From Mobula birostris (Eukaryota): a stretch of 64,000 bases of DNA. Shown one piece after another: positions 12,890 through 26,250 of the stretch. Position 1 is the first letter of the stretch. Every line of letters starts with the position of its first letter. A program made the translations under genes and the position numbers. Under the pieces are notes generated by a model, which was not told the DNA's origin, made no database searches, and was given only the letters and a program-made list of their open reading frames with translations. The stretch spans positions 54,880,125 to 54,944,124 of the forward strand of contig NC_092393.1 in the NCBI RefSeq assembly GCF_030028105.1, read 5' to 3'.

Positions 12890-13650
12890 ATTCCCCTCCG
12901 ACCCTCGACTGGCCTTCACCCTCTCTGTTGGTTTCCCCCGTTGAGGTCTCTGTCCGTCTCCTTATCCCTCCTTTACTCTCTCCCCCCACCTCTCTCCCCC
13001 CCTCCCTCTGCCCCCTCCCCCCTCTCCCTCTCTCTATGCCTTCGACTTTCTTTGCTCACTCTCCTTATTTCTGTCTTCTCCCGCTCTCCCGGGATCATCC
13101 CAGCTTCCCGTTCATCCGATGAAGAGTGGGCGAGTCTGGACCGTTTCTCGCTCCGCAGATGCCGAACATCTGGTCCGTATATTTATTTTTTCTCCTTTTC
13201 TCTGACCCTCCCATTCACTCCCTGACTCGCGATCTATCGTCCCCCACCTCACCCATTCCCTCTTTCCGTCCCATTCGCTATCTGCCCCGCTCTTTTCCCC
13301 ACTCTCTTCTCTCATTCCCCCTCATCGTCTCACAATCTCTCTCTAACTCTCCCCTATCTCTGCCTCATTATTTTCTCTCTACCTCTTTCTCTCTCTACCT
13401 TCCTTTCTCATTCCTTCTCTACCTCTTGCCATTTTCTCTCTCATTCCATCGCTCTGCCCCAGTCTCTCTGCGTCTCCCCCAGTATTCCTGTCTCTTCTAC
13501 ACAACTCTCTCATCCCCCTCTTTCTCTCTCCCCGTTCCCCCTCCTTTCTTATTATCTCCCATTCTCTACCTCTCCTCTCCCATTCCCTCTCTCTCGATTC
13601 ATTATTACACCTCTCCTGCGTCCCTCGTTCCCCGCCTTTCCCGCTTCTCA
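12890..13650. repeat. Polypyrimidine/polypurine low-complexity tract (about 760 bp) at the 5' end of the NPB intron
   Basis: Strongly C/T-biased on the plus strand. Confidence 0.85.
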
Positions 13651-13651
13651 C

Positions 13652-13918
13652 CATGTTTTTGACGAACATCGTCGCTCTGCCTTGAACAGCCTGCTCCGAC
13701 ATCACGCTGTTCTCCGCCGAGTCTGCCGCTTCGCTTGCCTCCGACCTGCGGACGTAGGGTGAGCGGCGGATCCCGGACAGGAGTCCGGAAGCTCTCCCCA
13801 CCGAGTAGTAACTGGGTCCCGTCGCCTGCTTGTACCACGCCTCTGCCGGGCTGGGCACTAGACTAGAGAGGATCACGCACACCAGGGTCATCTTCAGCGA
13901 TGTCTCGAGTGCAGGCAT
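13652..13918 (-). CDS. NPB: Prepro-neuropeptide B, coding exon 1 (signal peptide + mature NPB)
   Basis: ATG at 13918 (aaaaacATG). Translates [63 protein letters not shown]...FVKNM. Hydrophobic leader, then the NPB signature [24 protein letters not shown] and a dibasic RR. Ends at a phase-0 donor ATG|gtgag. Alternative start at 13891. Confidence 0.96.
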
Positions 13919-14030
13919 GTTTTTTGTCCGAGTCTGCACCGTGTCTGGCCGGCTCGCAGTCTGTGCTCTCCCGCCTGTCCGCCCGCTGTCTGGCAGGAAC
14001 TCAGAGCTGCAAACTTTAAGCCCAGACCCC

Positions 14031-14071
14031 TTAAATAGTCGCGTTTTCTCCTGCTAGTGACGCTGCCGTCA
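14031..14071 (-). promoter_or_regulatory. NPB core promoter: TATA-like TATTTAA plus two inverted CRE half-sites (TGACG-ctgc-CGTCA)
   Basis: TATTTAA on the minus strand at 14037-14031, about 113 nt above the ATG. TGACG at 14058-14062 and CGTCA at 14067-14071. CpG-rich context. Confidence 0.6.
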
Positions 14072-14609
14072 GACGCACGCACCTTTCAATATAAGTTAGT
14101 CACATCCCCTCCCCCCCATACATTGTGGGCGACGACAATTCATCTTGAATCATTCAGGGACTGGGAACCTTTCTCAGCTGGCACTGCCGAGTCCCTGATC
14201 GTATTTACTCCGTACCCGTATTTTAACTTTTTTTTTGCATAATTCTATATAGTTGAATATTTCTGCAAGAAGACGAATCCCAAGGTAGTATGTACTGACA
14301 TGAATTTACATGAATCTGACAATGAATTTACTTTGAACCCAGTGGTAGTAGTGGTACACAGGAGGGCTACCAAAGAGGCGAGGGAGGCTACCGTGGAGAT
14401 TGACCAGCTCCACACTTGACAGAGAAGGGGCATCAAAGTGGTTAGAGACCGTTGCATGTCAGGAGGCTGGCCCGGCAGATGACACCAGGACCATTGCGAA
14501 AAGAACTGGGAGGATTCCAGATTCAAGGCTGTTCGTCGGCATTTTTCAGTACACAAGGGCAGAAGAGAACAAAATGATTGCTGGAAATCAAGCCGGAATT
14601 CTACCACCA

Positions 14610-15640
14610 GGCGCGTCTTTATCTCCCCAACAATCCACACCCCGCCCCCGCTTTCCACAGGGATCGCTCCCTCTGCGATTCCCGTGTCCATTCGTCCCTC
14701 CCCACTAATCTTCCACCCGGCACTTCTCCCTGCCAGCGACAGAAATGCTCCACTGGCCCGTTCACCTCCCCTCTTGCTTCCATTCAGAGCCCCAAGTCGT
14801 CCCTCCGGAGGAGGCAACACTACACCTGCCAATCTGTCGGGATCGGCCTCTGTACCCAGTGCTCCCGGGGCAGGCTCCTCTATGCTGGTGAGACCCGACG
14901 TAAGCTGGGGAGCCACTTTTGTCGATCACCTCTGCTCCGTCTGCAAACAGCGAAATTTCCTGGTGGCCAACCATTTTAATTCCTATCCCCATTCTCGTTC
15001 CAACAGGTCGTTCCATGACTTCCTCCTCTGTCACGTTATGGCGTCTCTCCGGGTGGAGGAACAACACCTCATATTCCGTCTAGGTACCCTCCGATATTAT
15101 GACATGAACATCAATTTCTCCCTCCGGTATTCACCCCCAATCCTCCCCTCCTCCTCTATTTCCCACTCTGGCCTCTCACCTGCCTATCACCTCCCTCTGA
15201 TGCCCCTCGTCCTTCCTTTTCCCCTTCACCCACGGTCCACTCTCCCCTCCCGTCACATTCCTTCTTCTCCAGCCCGTTTCCTTTCCTACCACCTGACTTC
15301 ACCGATCACCATAGATCAGAGGCCACCAACATTTTTAACGCTATGGGCCCCTCCCATTAACCGAGGGGTTCGTGGACCGCAGCCGTAAACGCTGCCTGAG
15401 CTGCCGAGTTCTTCCAGCACTTTGTGCGCATCGCTCTGGATTTCTGGCATCTGCAGAATCTCGTGTTTATAATTCACCATTCACCATCTAACTGGTCCTT
15501 CTTTCCCTCCCCCCACACCGCCTTTTTATTCTGGCGTCTTCCCCCCTCCGTTCCAGTCCTGAAGAAGGGTCTCAGCCCAAAACGTCGGCTATTTATTCAT
15601 CTCCATAGATGCTGCCCGACCCGCTGAGTTTTGTGTGTGT
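14610..15640 (+). mobile_element. Penelope-like element 3' part (GIY-YIG remnant + pLTR) upstream of NPB
   Basis: Frameshifted PAFHRDRSLCDS...PCQRQKC...HYTCQSVG...CSRGRLLYAGETRRKLG...LVANHFN. Degenerate hammerhead at about 15554-15590 (GAAA changed to AAAA). Confidence 0.8.
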
Positions 15641-15989
15641 TAACATGATTCGTTACTCTGGACCCGATGCATCCGATGGTGGGACAAACAGATCTATGAA
15701 GAACACAATAATAAATAAATACATTAGATTAGCTTATATACATAGACTGATGGTATGTACGTATAGTGACGCTATAGCATGTGTTCGTATGGTGACTCTA
15801 ACAGGAATGATAAAGTGGTGGCGGGTGTGTGTGTGTGGTGGGGTCGGTTAATGGGAAGAGGTGATCCGCGCATTATGACGGGCCGAAGGGCCTGTTCCTG
15901 TTCTATGTTCTATGTGTTGATCAGCCTAACAGCTTGGGGGGATAGAACTGTCTTTGTGTCCGGTGGTCCAGGCGTGGATGCAGGGCAGC

Positions 15990-16680
15990 CTCCTCCCCGA
16001 TTGGAGTGGTACAAACAGCCCGTGAGCCGGGTGGGTGGGATTATTCCCCGATGGTGGAACAAACAGTCCGTGAGACGGGTGGGTGGAACTATTCCCCGAT
16101 GGGAGTGGGCCAGACAGTCCGTGAGCCGGGTGGGTGGAATTATTCCCCGATGGGAGTGGGCCAGACAGTCCGTGAGCCGGGTGGGTGGGGTTATTCCCCG
16201 ATGGGAGCGGGACAAACAGTCTGTGAGCCGGGTGGGTGGGATTATTCCCCGGTGGGACAAACAGTCCGTGAGCCGGGTGGGTGGGATCATTCCCCGTTGG
16301 GACAAACAGTCCGTCAGACGGGTGGGTGGAATTATTCCCCGATGGGAGTGGGACAAACAGTCCGTGAGCCGGGTGGGTGGGATTATTCCCCGATGGGAGT
16401 GGGACAAACAGTCCGTGAGCCGGGTGGGTGGGATTATTCCCCGATGGGAGTGGGACAAACAGTCCGTGAGCCGGGTGGGTGGGATTATTTCCCGATGGGA
16501 GTGGGACAAACAGTCCGTGAGCCGGGTGGGTGGGATTATTCCCCGATGGGACAAACAGTCCGTGAGCCGGGTGGGTGGGATTATTTCCCGATGGGAGTGA
16601 GACAAACAGTCCGTGAGCCGGGTGGGTGGGATTATTCCCCGACGGGAGTGGGACAAACAGTCCGTGAGCCGGGTGGGTGG
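15990..16680. repeat. G-rich minisatellite, 51/45-bp unit, about 14 copies
   Basis: Unit gggagtgggacaaacagtccgtgagccgggtgggtgggattattccccgat; short variant lacks gggagt. Confidence 0.95.
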
Positions 16681-17354
16681 TAAGAGAGTGCAGAATAAAG
16701 TGCTACAGCTACTGAGAAAGCGCAGTGCAGGCAGGCAATAAGGTGCAAGATCATAACGAGGGACCTCGTGAGTTTCATGGTTTTACCAAATCTATCGGGT
16801 AAGCTGTTCCTTGAACTCTCCGGCAATGAATAGTGCTGGCAGAGGCGTGCGGCAGTTAGCTCAATCACTTAACAACGCCAGTGACCCCCGATCGGGGTTT
16901 GATCCCCGCCGCTTTTCTCTCAGGGGTTTGTACATTCTCCCTGCAACTACGTGGGTTTCCTCCGGGAGCTCCGGTTTCCCCCACGTTCCAAAGATGTGGC
17001 GGTTTAGGGCTAGTGAGCTGTGCTATGCTGGCGACAGAAATGTGGCGACACTTATGGGCCGCCGGAGCACAATCCTCGGATCGCGCTGGCCGAAGGTGCA
17101 AAGCAACAGCTTTCACTGGGGGGTTCGATATCTCACCGCACATGTGAGAAATAAAGCTAATTCTTAATCGTTGTCTTTGAAAGAGTCGATCATTAGCTAA
17201 AGGTTGCAAACCATCTGGTGGCTTGGGAGAGAACCACCCGAAATCAGTGTGAAGCTTCAGTGAAATGTCCCATGCCGGCATATTGGTTTGTGATTGTCAC
17301 AAACTCCTGCGTGTCATCCTCACAGATTATTCCATCACATCAGTATCTCTCTCT

Positions 17355-17750
17355 CTCTCGAGAAGCTGACAGCGATGCAGGTGGATGCTTCCCTGGTGTC
17401 ATGGATTCTTGATTACCTGACTGGCAGACCACAGTACGTGTGCTTGCAACACTGTGTGTCCGACAAAGTGATCAGCAGCACTGGGGCTCCACAGGGGACT
17501 GTCTTGTCTCCCTTTCTCTTGACCATTTACACCTCAGACTTCAACTACTGCACAGAGTCTTGTCATCTTCAGAAGTTTTCGGATGATTCTGCCATAGTTG
17601 GATGCATCAGCAAGGGAGATGAGGCTGAGTACAAGGCTACGGTAGGAAACTTTGTCACATGGTTTCATTTATGGTTTTATTACTATTTATTATTTATGGT
17701 GCAACTGTAACGAAAACCAATTCCCCCCGGGATCATTAGAGTATGACTAT
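17355..17750 (+). mobile_element. Rex1/Babar-type LINE RT fragment with 3' tail
   Basis: SWILDYLTGRPQYV...TGAPQGTVLSPFL...QKFSDDSAIVG. Confidence 0.85.
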
Positions 17751-20299
17751 GATTTGCCTGTAACGCCGCTGGCATTCAGGGCAGCAATGAAGGGCCCTCC
17801 CCCCTCCCCCCCTCCCCCCCCCCCCCCCATCTCCGGCTGTGCTCAGGGCTTCCTTCATCGTGTCAGGAGCTTCCTCTCGGTGTTCTGTACTGGTAGGTAC
17901 GCAGATCCCGGGTGGACACTCGGGAATACCGTCACACTCAGACGGAGGATTCTCCATTGCTGTCAAGGCAGTACCAATGAAAACAGTAACGGGATGCAGA
18001 ATAGAGCGTTACTGTTCGAGAGGGTGCAATGCAGTCAGGCAACTTCAGAAGGAGGTAGACGGTGAGGGCAAGAGCTCCATCTTACCACGCAAGAGGTCCA
18101 TTCAATAGCCTGTCAGCGGGATGGAAGCTTTTATTAAGCCTGGCGATACGTGTTTTCGGGTTTTTGTATCTTCTTCCCGACGGGACGAGGGGAGCAGAGA
18201 GAATGTCCGGGGTGTTGGCAGCAACGAGAAAAGTGAAGAAACAACGTACAATATTGCAGTGCTGTGTGCTCCTGGTTCTATTGAAACCGCTCCATAACAG
18301 TGTTCTTTCAGTTTTGATCTCAAATCCACATCAACATGGGCTGAAGCCCGCGTTGCTTGGCAACTGTCCGCAGATCTGACACTGGTAAAGTCAGTGTTAT
18401 GGATTGTGAATTGCTGTGCAATCCGCTTTCTAGACACTGACAGAACAGCTGTACGACATCCTGGCCCGAGCTCAAAAAGCAATTCAGTCGGGTTAACTAG
18501 GCACACTTTGCCTTTAGCATTTGTCTCAAAAATCCAATTTCTATTTGATGTTAGATTCTCGATCACTCTTGCTTATGGGAATACACAGAGTTTGTACATG
18601 CCTATTTGATCTGCTCTTGCTTGTTTACTCTCCAGTTTGTTTCCAGCTAACTTCAGGTAATTCAAATCGGATTTTTTTCCCAGTTGTATATGTTTTACAT
18701 TTGGCTTTACGCTGTCCCTAACCGCATGAAATCCAATTATGTTATGATCACTGTTATCTAGATGTTCCCCACACTTCTAAAAGACAGACTGCAATCTCCA
18801 TTATTTCCCTTTTTCGGGGGAATACCTTGCCTTTCTGCCCTTTATTTTGTTTTTTTTTCCCAGCAATTGATGTCCCTTCTGCCGTCAGGTGGATATTGTT
18901 CAGAAGATGTGTTGTAGGGGGTGCCCAGGGAGGGGGCAGCACCTCTGGTGAGAGTTGTCATGTCCATGTTCACTCACCTTTGGTCCCCACCTTACACTCT
19001 GCTCTCACCTGTGGCGCCAAGCTGTTATTCATGTGCGACAGCGGCCGCACCCCAGTAACCACTTCAACGGGTGGACTAAACCAGGTGAGGGTAACCAGCG
19101 GGACATTACCCCGCCGAGAAAGGGACTTGCCTGTCCGGCGAGTTCAGCTCTGCCGGACTGGGCGGATGAGATCAACAGTGAGAACTCAGGGCCAGGAAGG
19201 CGGCTCTGCAATGAAGGGCATGACGAGGCACAGAAAAAAAGTCCTAGTCATCCGCTTTAACCAGTTCTGGACACCACTCGTACCACCGGACCCGGACCTG
19301 CGAGCTCGGGAGAGTGGAACTGCCCCCGTGCCGCGGCTTTCCCACTTTAAAAATAAACTCTCACAAACAGACTTCTCTGTCATTGTATCCGACCGATAAT
19401 CAATCATTCAGACCTTTTCTTCATGCACCTCAACTTCACAATTTTGAAGTCTAAAATAAACCTAAAACAAATTAATAATCTTTTATTAGGTTCACGCTCA
19501 TCAGATTCAGTTTCGGAAATCTCTGTCTGCTCTGGTTAGAACTGCAATACAATACTGTCTTCCATCAGTTCATTTGCTGCCCGGTTCCCCCGCCTTTATA
19601 GCTTCTCTGAAGTTCCTGAATCAGTTCTACGCAAAAACATGTTGCAGGTGAAGGAAATTTTCAGAGAAGGGACCAGCGATAGTGCAGGATTGCAATAAGG
19701 GTCACTTTCAGTAACTCTGCACCGCCTATTCTCAGTATTTTTTTGCACAATTTGTCTTTTGCAAATTGATTGTTTGTCAGCCTTTATGCGTAGTTTTTCA
19801 TAAATTGTGCTGTATATAGGGCAGGATATAGTAACATATCCATAGATAGTCACAGGTTTTTTCCCCAGGGCTGAAATGACTAGCACACGAGGGCACAGTT
19901 TTAAGGTGCTTGGAAGTAGGTACAGAGGAGGTTTTTTACGCAGCGAGTGCTGAGTGTGTGGAATGGGCTGCCGGTGACGGTGGTGAAGGCGGAAACGACA
20001 GGGTTTAAGAGACTCCTGGATAGGTACATGGAGCTTAGAAAAATAGAGGGCTATGGGTAAGCCTGGGTAATTTATACGGTCAGGACGTGTTCGGCACAGC
20101 TTTGTGGGCCGAAGGGCCTGTATTGTGCTGTAGGTTTTCTACGTTTCTATATGATAAATTTACTCTGGCTTTTAACTCTGAATCTGCCTACAACAGACAG
20201 AAAATACACATGTACCAGGAATGTGTGTTAAAGCGTGAAAAAAAGGTGCAAAGACCAAAGAAGAGGCATTTTACCCGAACACAGAATGCCCTCGTTGGG

Positions 20300-23200
20300 G
20301 TGCACCGAGTTGAAGTGATTGAGTCTTTGGCTCTTCGAGGCTTCGGCCAAGAATGAGTAAAGGCAACAAAAAATCCCTGCAGGTAGAGTTTCCCCCTTCT
20401 TTATATCTGCTCAGTTAGGGCAGTAGGGATGTCGGGCGGGATAGTTGAATGCTCCTCTTGCAGGATGTGGGAAGGCAGAGTGTTCCTGGCTACAACACCC
20501 GCGAGAGGTGCATCCAGCTGCAGCTTCTAACACCCCGCGTTACGGAGTTGGAACTGGGTGAATTCCGGATCATCCGAGAGGCCGACGGGAGAGGTAGTTA
20601 CACCCAAGGTGCAGGACACAGGAGACCGGGTGACAGGAAGGGGGAAGGGGCCAGTGCGGAGTACCCCTGTGGCCATCCACCTCAACCACAGGTGTATCAG
20701 TTTGGGTACTGTTGTGGGGATGACCTATCGAGGAAAGCCAGAGCGGTCGCGTCTCTGGCACTGAGTCTGTGTCTGCGATTCAGAAGGGAAGGTGGTGGGG
20801 TGGAAGAGGGTGGTGATAGGGGATTCGTTAGTCAGGTGTACAGAAAGGAGGTTCTGTGGGCGAGAACGAGATTCCCGGATTAGATTAGATTTTGAGGACA
20901 CTCAGTCCTCGTTGATTGTCATTTAGAAATGCATGCATTAAAAAATGATACAACGCCCCTCCAGAATGATATCACAAGAAAAATACAGGACAAACCAAGA
21001 CTAAAACTGACAAAACCACATAATGATAACATATAGTTACAACAGTGCAAAGCAATACCATAATTTGATAACGAGCATGGGCACGGTAAAAAAAAGTCTC
21101 GATAGCCTCATCATCGTTCCACGCAGGCGGTATGTTGGTATGTTGCCTCCCGGGTGCCAGGGTCCGGGACATCTCGGATCGAGTCCTCAGAATTCTCAAA
21201 TGGGAGGTTGAACAGCCAGAGGTCGTGGTCCATGTAGGTACCCATGGCATAGACAGGAAGAGTGAGGAAGTCCTGCAGAGAGAGTTCAGGGAGTTGGGTG
21301 CTCAAAGGGCAGGACCTCCAGAGCTGTGATCTCTGGAATGCCACCCGTGCCAGGTGCAGCTGAGACCAGAAACAGGAAGATTATACAGTTTAATATATGG
21401 CTATGGTGTTGATGTTGGAGGGAGGACGGGAGATTTTTGGATCATTGGGCTCTCTTCCAGGGAAGACCTTAGAAGAGACAGTTTGCACCAGAAGGGAAGG
21501 GGACTGACATCCTAGCGGGGAGGGTTGTTGGTGCTGTACGGCGGCGGTGGCGGGGTGGGGCGTTTAACTAGGTTTACTGGGAGGTGGGAACCAGAGTGTC
21601 AGAAAGTTAGTGGAAAGATTGTGGAGACAGATGTTGGTTATGACCCCAGACAAAGTCAGGAATCAGAAGGTTGAGGTTAGTGCGACTTGTGTCCGGAGCT
21701 GCGAATGATTCAATGGAAGAGTTAGGGTAGGAAAGGCGGGTGAGTTTTGGGCACGGAATTATGATATTACAACCATTAATGAGACTTTGTTGTGGGACGG
21801 GCGGGACTGACAACTCAGTAATCCGGGGTTCCGTTGTATTCGGCGTGACAGAGTGGGAGGGGGGTGGCGTTACTTGTCAGGGAAAAATCACGGCGGTACC
21901 CTGTCAGGACAGACTGGATAACTCGCCTGGTGAGGCGCTATGGGTGGAACTGAGAAGTAAGAAAGGTTTGACCACGTTAATGGGGATCTTTTACAGACCA
22001 CCCAACAGTCCGTGGGACTTAGAGGAACAAATCTGTGGCGAGATCGCAGACTCTTACAAGAAACACAAAGTTTTTTTTTATAGTAAACCACAAACAAGAG
22101 AAAATCTGCAGATGCTGGAAATCGGAGCAACACACACAAAATGCTGGAGAAACTCAGCAGGCCAGGCAGCATGTATGGGAAAGAGTACAGTCGATGTTTC
22201 GGGCCGAAATTCCAGTGATTTTAACTTTCCACATATTGACTGGAATTCCCATTCTGTAAACAGGCTGGATGGGAAAGAGTTTGTCAAATGTATTCACGGA
22301 AGTTTCCTTAATTAGTACATAGAAATATCGACGAGAGAGCGTGTGATACTGGATCTCCCGTTAAGGAATGAGACAGGGCAGGTGACAGAAGCTCGTGTAG
22401 GGGAACACTTTGCATCCAGTGACCAGAATGCCATTTAGTTTCAAAGTAAATATTCAAAAAGATAGTGCTGGTTTGCGGATTCTAAATTGGAGAAAGGCAA
22501 ATTTTGATGGTATCAGAGGTGATCTGGAAACATGGATTGGGACAGGCTGTTTTCTGGCACAGGTGTACTTGGTAAGTGGGAGGTCTTCAAAAGCAACATG
22601 TTGAGAGTACAAAGCTTGTATGTGCCCATCAGAATAAAAGATGAAGATAACAAGGGTAGGGAACCTTGGTTTTCAAGTGACAAGAAACAAAAGGAGCAGC
22701 ATAGCAGGTATAGTCAGGTGGGAACAAATGAGGTGCTTATGGAGAATAGGACATGCAAGGGAACACTTAAGAAAGAAATCAGGAGCACTAAAAGAAGCAT
22801 GAAGTTGCCCTAGTAGACAAGGTGAAGGACAATCGGAAGGAATTCCACAGATATGTTAAGAGCTAAAGGATTGCAAGGGACAAAATTGATCTTCTGGAAG
22901 ATCTTAGTAGGAACCCATGTGTGGAGCCAAAACAGATGGGGGAGATAGAAACATAGAAAACCTACAGCACAATGCAGCCTCTTCGGCCCACAAAGTTGCG
23001 CTGAACATGTCCCTACCTTAGAAATTACTAGGGTTACTCATAGCCCTCTATTTTTCTAAGCTCCATGTACCTATCCAAAAGTTTCTTAAAAGACCCTATC
23101 GTATCCACCTCCACCACCGTTGCTGGCAGCCCATTCCATGCACTCACCACTCTCTGTGTAAAAAACTTACCCCTGACATCTCCTCTGTACCTACTCCCAA

Positions 23201-26200
23201 GCACCTTAAACCTGTGTCCTCTTGTGGCAGCCATTTCAGCTCTGGGAAAAAGCCTCTGACTATCCACATGATCAATGCATCTCATCATCTTACACACCTC
23301 TATCGGGTCACCTCTCATCCTCCGTCGCTCCAAGGAGAAAAGGCCAAGTTCACTCAACCTGTTTTCATAAGGCATGCTCCCCAATCCAGGCAACATCCTT
23401 GTAAATCTCCTCTGCACCCTTTCTGTGGTTTCCACATCCTTCCTGTAGTGAGGACACCAGAACTGAGCACAGTACTCCAGGTGTGGTCTGACCAGGGTCC
23501 TATATAGCTGAACATTACTTCTCGGCTCCGAAATTCAATTCTACGATTGATGAAGGCCAGTACACCGTACGCCTTCTTAACCACAGAGTCAACCTGTGCA
23601 GCTGCTTTGAGTATCCTATGGACTCAGACCCCAAGATCCCACTGATCCTCCACACTGCCAAGATTCTTACCATTAATACTATATTCTGCCATCATATTTG
23701 ACCTACCAAAATGAACCACTTCACACTTATCTGGGTTGAACTCCATCTGCCACTTCTCAGCCCGGTTTTGCATCCTATCAATGTCCCACTGTAACCTCTG
23801 ACAGCCCTCCACACTATCCACAACATCCCCAACCTTTGTGTCATCAAAGATCTTAATTTTTTTTTGCATCTGTTTTACTTGGGAGGTGGATACAGAGTCT
23901 ATAGAAGTGAGGCAAAGCAGCATCAACTTCATGTACTCTGGGCAGCTTACAGAGGAGGAGGTGTTTTCTACCCTGGGGCAAATCAGCGTGGATAAATCCC
24001 CAGGACCTGACAAGGTGTTCCCTCGGACCCTACGGGTGGCAAGTGCAGAAATTGCCGGGGCCCTAGCAGAGATATTTAAACCATCCTTAGTGACAGGAGA
24101 GCCAGTGTTGTTGCGCTGTTTAAGAAAGGCTCTAAACATAAACCAGGAAATTATAGGCTGGTGAGTCTGACGTCAGCAGTGGGAAAGTTATCGGAAGATG
24201 TTCTAAGGGACCGATATATAAGTATTTGGATCGATGTGGACTGATTAAGGATAGTCACCGTGGCTTTGTGCATGGCAGGACATTTCTAAACAATCTTATA
24301 GAGTTTTTTCGAGGAAGCTACCAGGAAAGTGGATGAAAGCAAGGCCATGGATGTTGTCTGCATGGACTTTAGTAAAGGGTTTGACACGGTGCCACGTGGT
24401 AGCTTAGTCAAGAAGGTTCAGTCGCTTGCATTCAAGACGAGGTAGTACATTGGATTAGACATGGATTTGACGGAGAAGCCAGAGAGTAGCAGTAGATGGT
24501 TTCCTCTCTGACTGGAGGCCTGTGACTAGTGGAGTGCTGCAGGGATCGGTGCTGAGTCTTTTGTTGTTTGTCATCTATACCAACGATCTGGTTGATAAAG
24601 TGGTTAACTGGATCAGCTCATTTGCAGATGACACCAAGATCTGGGGAGCAGTGAAGGAAGGAAGACTATCACAGCTTGTGAAATGGAGACATCTCTTTTT
24701 CCCTTATTAGGAAGCGAGAGAGAGAGCCTGTGGTATGCTGAATTACCGGGTGAACGAGTAGTTTTTGGGGTCCTGCAGCTCTGTGTCCTTATTGATGCTT
24801 TGCTGCATGCTTGGGTGCTCGGCGGAGGGCGCTGATGCTTTTTGCTGGTGGGGGAGGGGTGCTGTTGCTTTACTGCTGCTTGTGTGTGGGAGGAGGGAGG
24901 TGGGGGGTCTTTGGGGTTCTACTGTTTTATCTGTTATTCATCCTTTGGGGCACTCCTGTGTTTTCATCGATGTTTGTGAAGAAAAAGAATTTCAGGATGT
25001 ATACTGTATACTTTTCTCTGACATTAAATGTACCTATTGAAATATTGCAAAGGGATCCAGGTCAGCTGGAAAATTGGCAGATGGAATTTAAAAACACAAA
25101 CACGAGGAAATCTGCAGATATATACACACATTCTTTATTTCTCTCTCTCCTTTTTCTCCCTCTGTCCCTCTCACTATACCCCTTGCCCATCCTCTGGGTT
25201 TTTCCCCCTCCCCATTTTCTTTCTCCCTAGGCCTCCTGTCCCATGATCCTCTCATATCCCTTTTGCCAATCACCTGTCCAGCTCTTGGCTCCATCCCTCC
25301 CCCTCCTGTCTTCTCCTATCATTTTGGATCTCCCCCTCCCCCCCCACTTTCAACTCTCTTACTAGCTCTTCTTTCAGTTAGTCCTGACGAAGGGTCTCCA
25401 CCCGAAACATCGACTGTACCTCTTCCTAGAGATGCTGCCTGGCCTGCTGCGTTCACCAGCAACTTTGATGTGTGTTGTTAGATGGAATTGAATGCAGGCA
25501 TGTGCGAGGCGATGCACTTTGGTAGGACCAACAAGGGTAGATCTTACAGTGTGAACGGTAGGGCACTGAGTGTTGTAGAATGAGGAGTGTGGTAGAACAA
25601 AGGGATCTGGGAATACAGGTCCATAATTCGTTGAAAGTGGCGTCACAGGAAGATAGGGTTGTAGAGATATTTTTGACACATTGGCATTCATAAATCAGAT
25701 TACTGAGTACAGGAGATGGGATGTTATGTTGATGCTGTATAAGACGTTGGTGAGATCTAACTTGGAGTATTGTGAGCAGTTTTGGTCACATTCCTGCAGG
25801 AAATTTGTAAATAAGGTTGAAATCGTGAAAATTTACAAGGATGTTGTCGGGTCTGAAGGACCTGGGTTATAAGGGAAGATTGAGAATTGATAGAAGTATA
25901 CAAAACTAAGAGGGGTATAGATAAGGTAAATGCAAGTAGTCTATTTCCACTGAGGTTGGGTGGGACTACAATCATGAGTTAAGGGTGAAAGGTGAGAAGT
26001 TTAAGGGGAACATGAGGGGAAACCTCTTCACTCAGAGGTTCATGAGAGTGTGGAATGAGCTGAGCTGCCAGTGCAAGTGGTGTGTGCGAGCTCGATTTCA
26101 ATGTTTGAGCAAAGTTTGGATAGGTACGTGGATAGTAGGGGTATGGAGAGCTATGTTCTCAGTGCAGTTTGTTGAGAGTAGGCAAATTAACTGTCTTTGG

Positions 26201-26250
26201 CATAGACTAGATGGGCCAAAGGGCCTGTTTCTGTGCTGCACTTTTCTATG
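20300..26250 (+). mobile_element. Near full-length decayed CR1 LINE with several nested insertions
   Basis: Domains in order: Cys-rich ORF1 start (20430-20580), esterase (CCLPGARVRDISDRV...VHVGT), endonuclease (LWVELRSKKG...GIFYRPPNS), RT (QGSVL...FADDTK), C-terminus and 3'UTR. Inserts at about 20881-21130, 22080-22213, 22946-23845 (minus-strand CR1), 24680-25040 and 25089-25479. Confidence 0.85.
25380..25415 (+). ncRNA. Hammerhead ribozyme motif, near-intact (helix III palindrome lost)
   Basis: AGTC-CTGACGA-A-GGG-tctcca-CCC-GAAA-CATC-GACT, inside a Penelope-type insert flanked by the TSD AGATGGAATT (25079-25088, 25480-25489). Confidence 0.5.

Noticed and set aside
13379-13651. Arg/Glu-rich C-terminal extension of the NPB ORF
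   Set aside because: Intron read-through of the GA-rich tract. The true C-terminus is exon 2 at 9977-9849.
15779-16683. Repetitive 225-273 aa ORFs on both strands
   Set aside because: Product of 45/51-bp repeat units. No splice or homology support.
19602-19647. 46-nt exon-like segment (tttatag|...CAG|gtgaag)
   Set aside because: No recognisable protein match or partner exons. Such motifs arise by chance.
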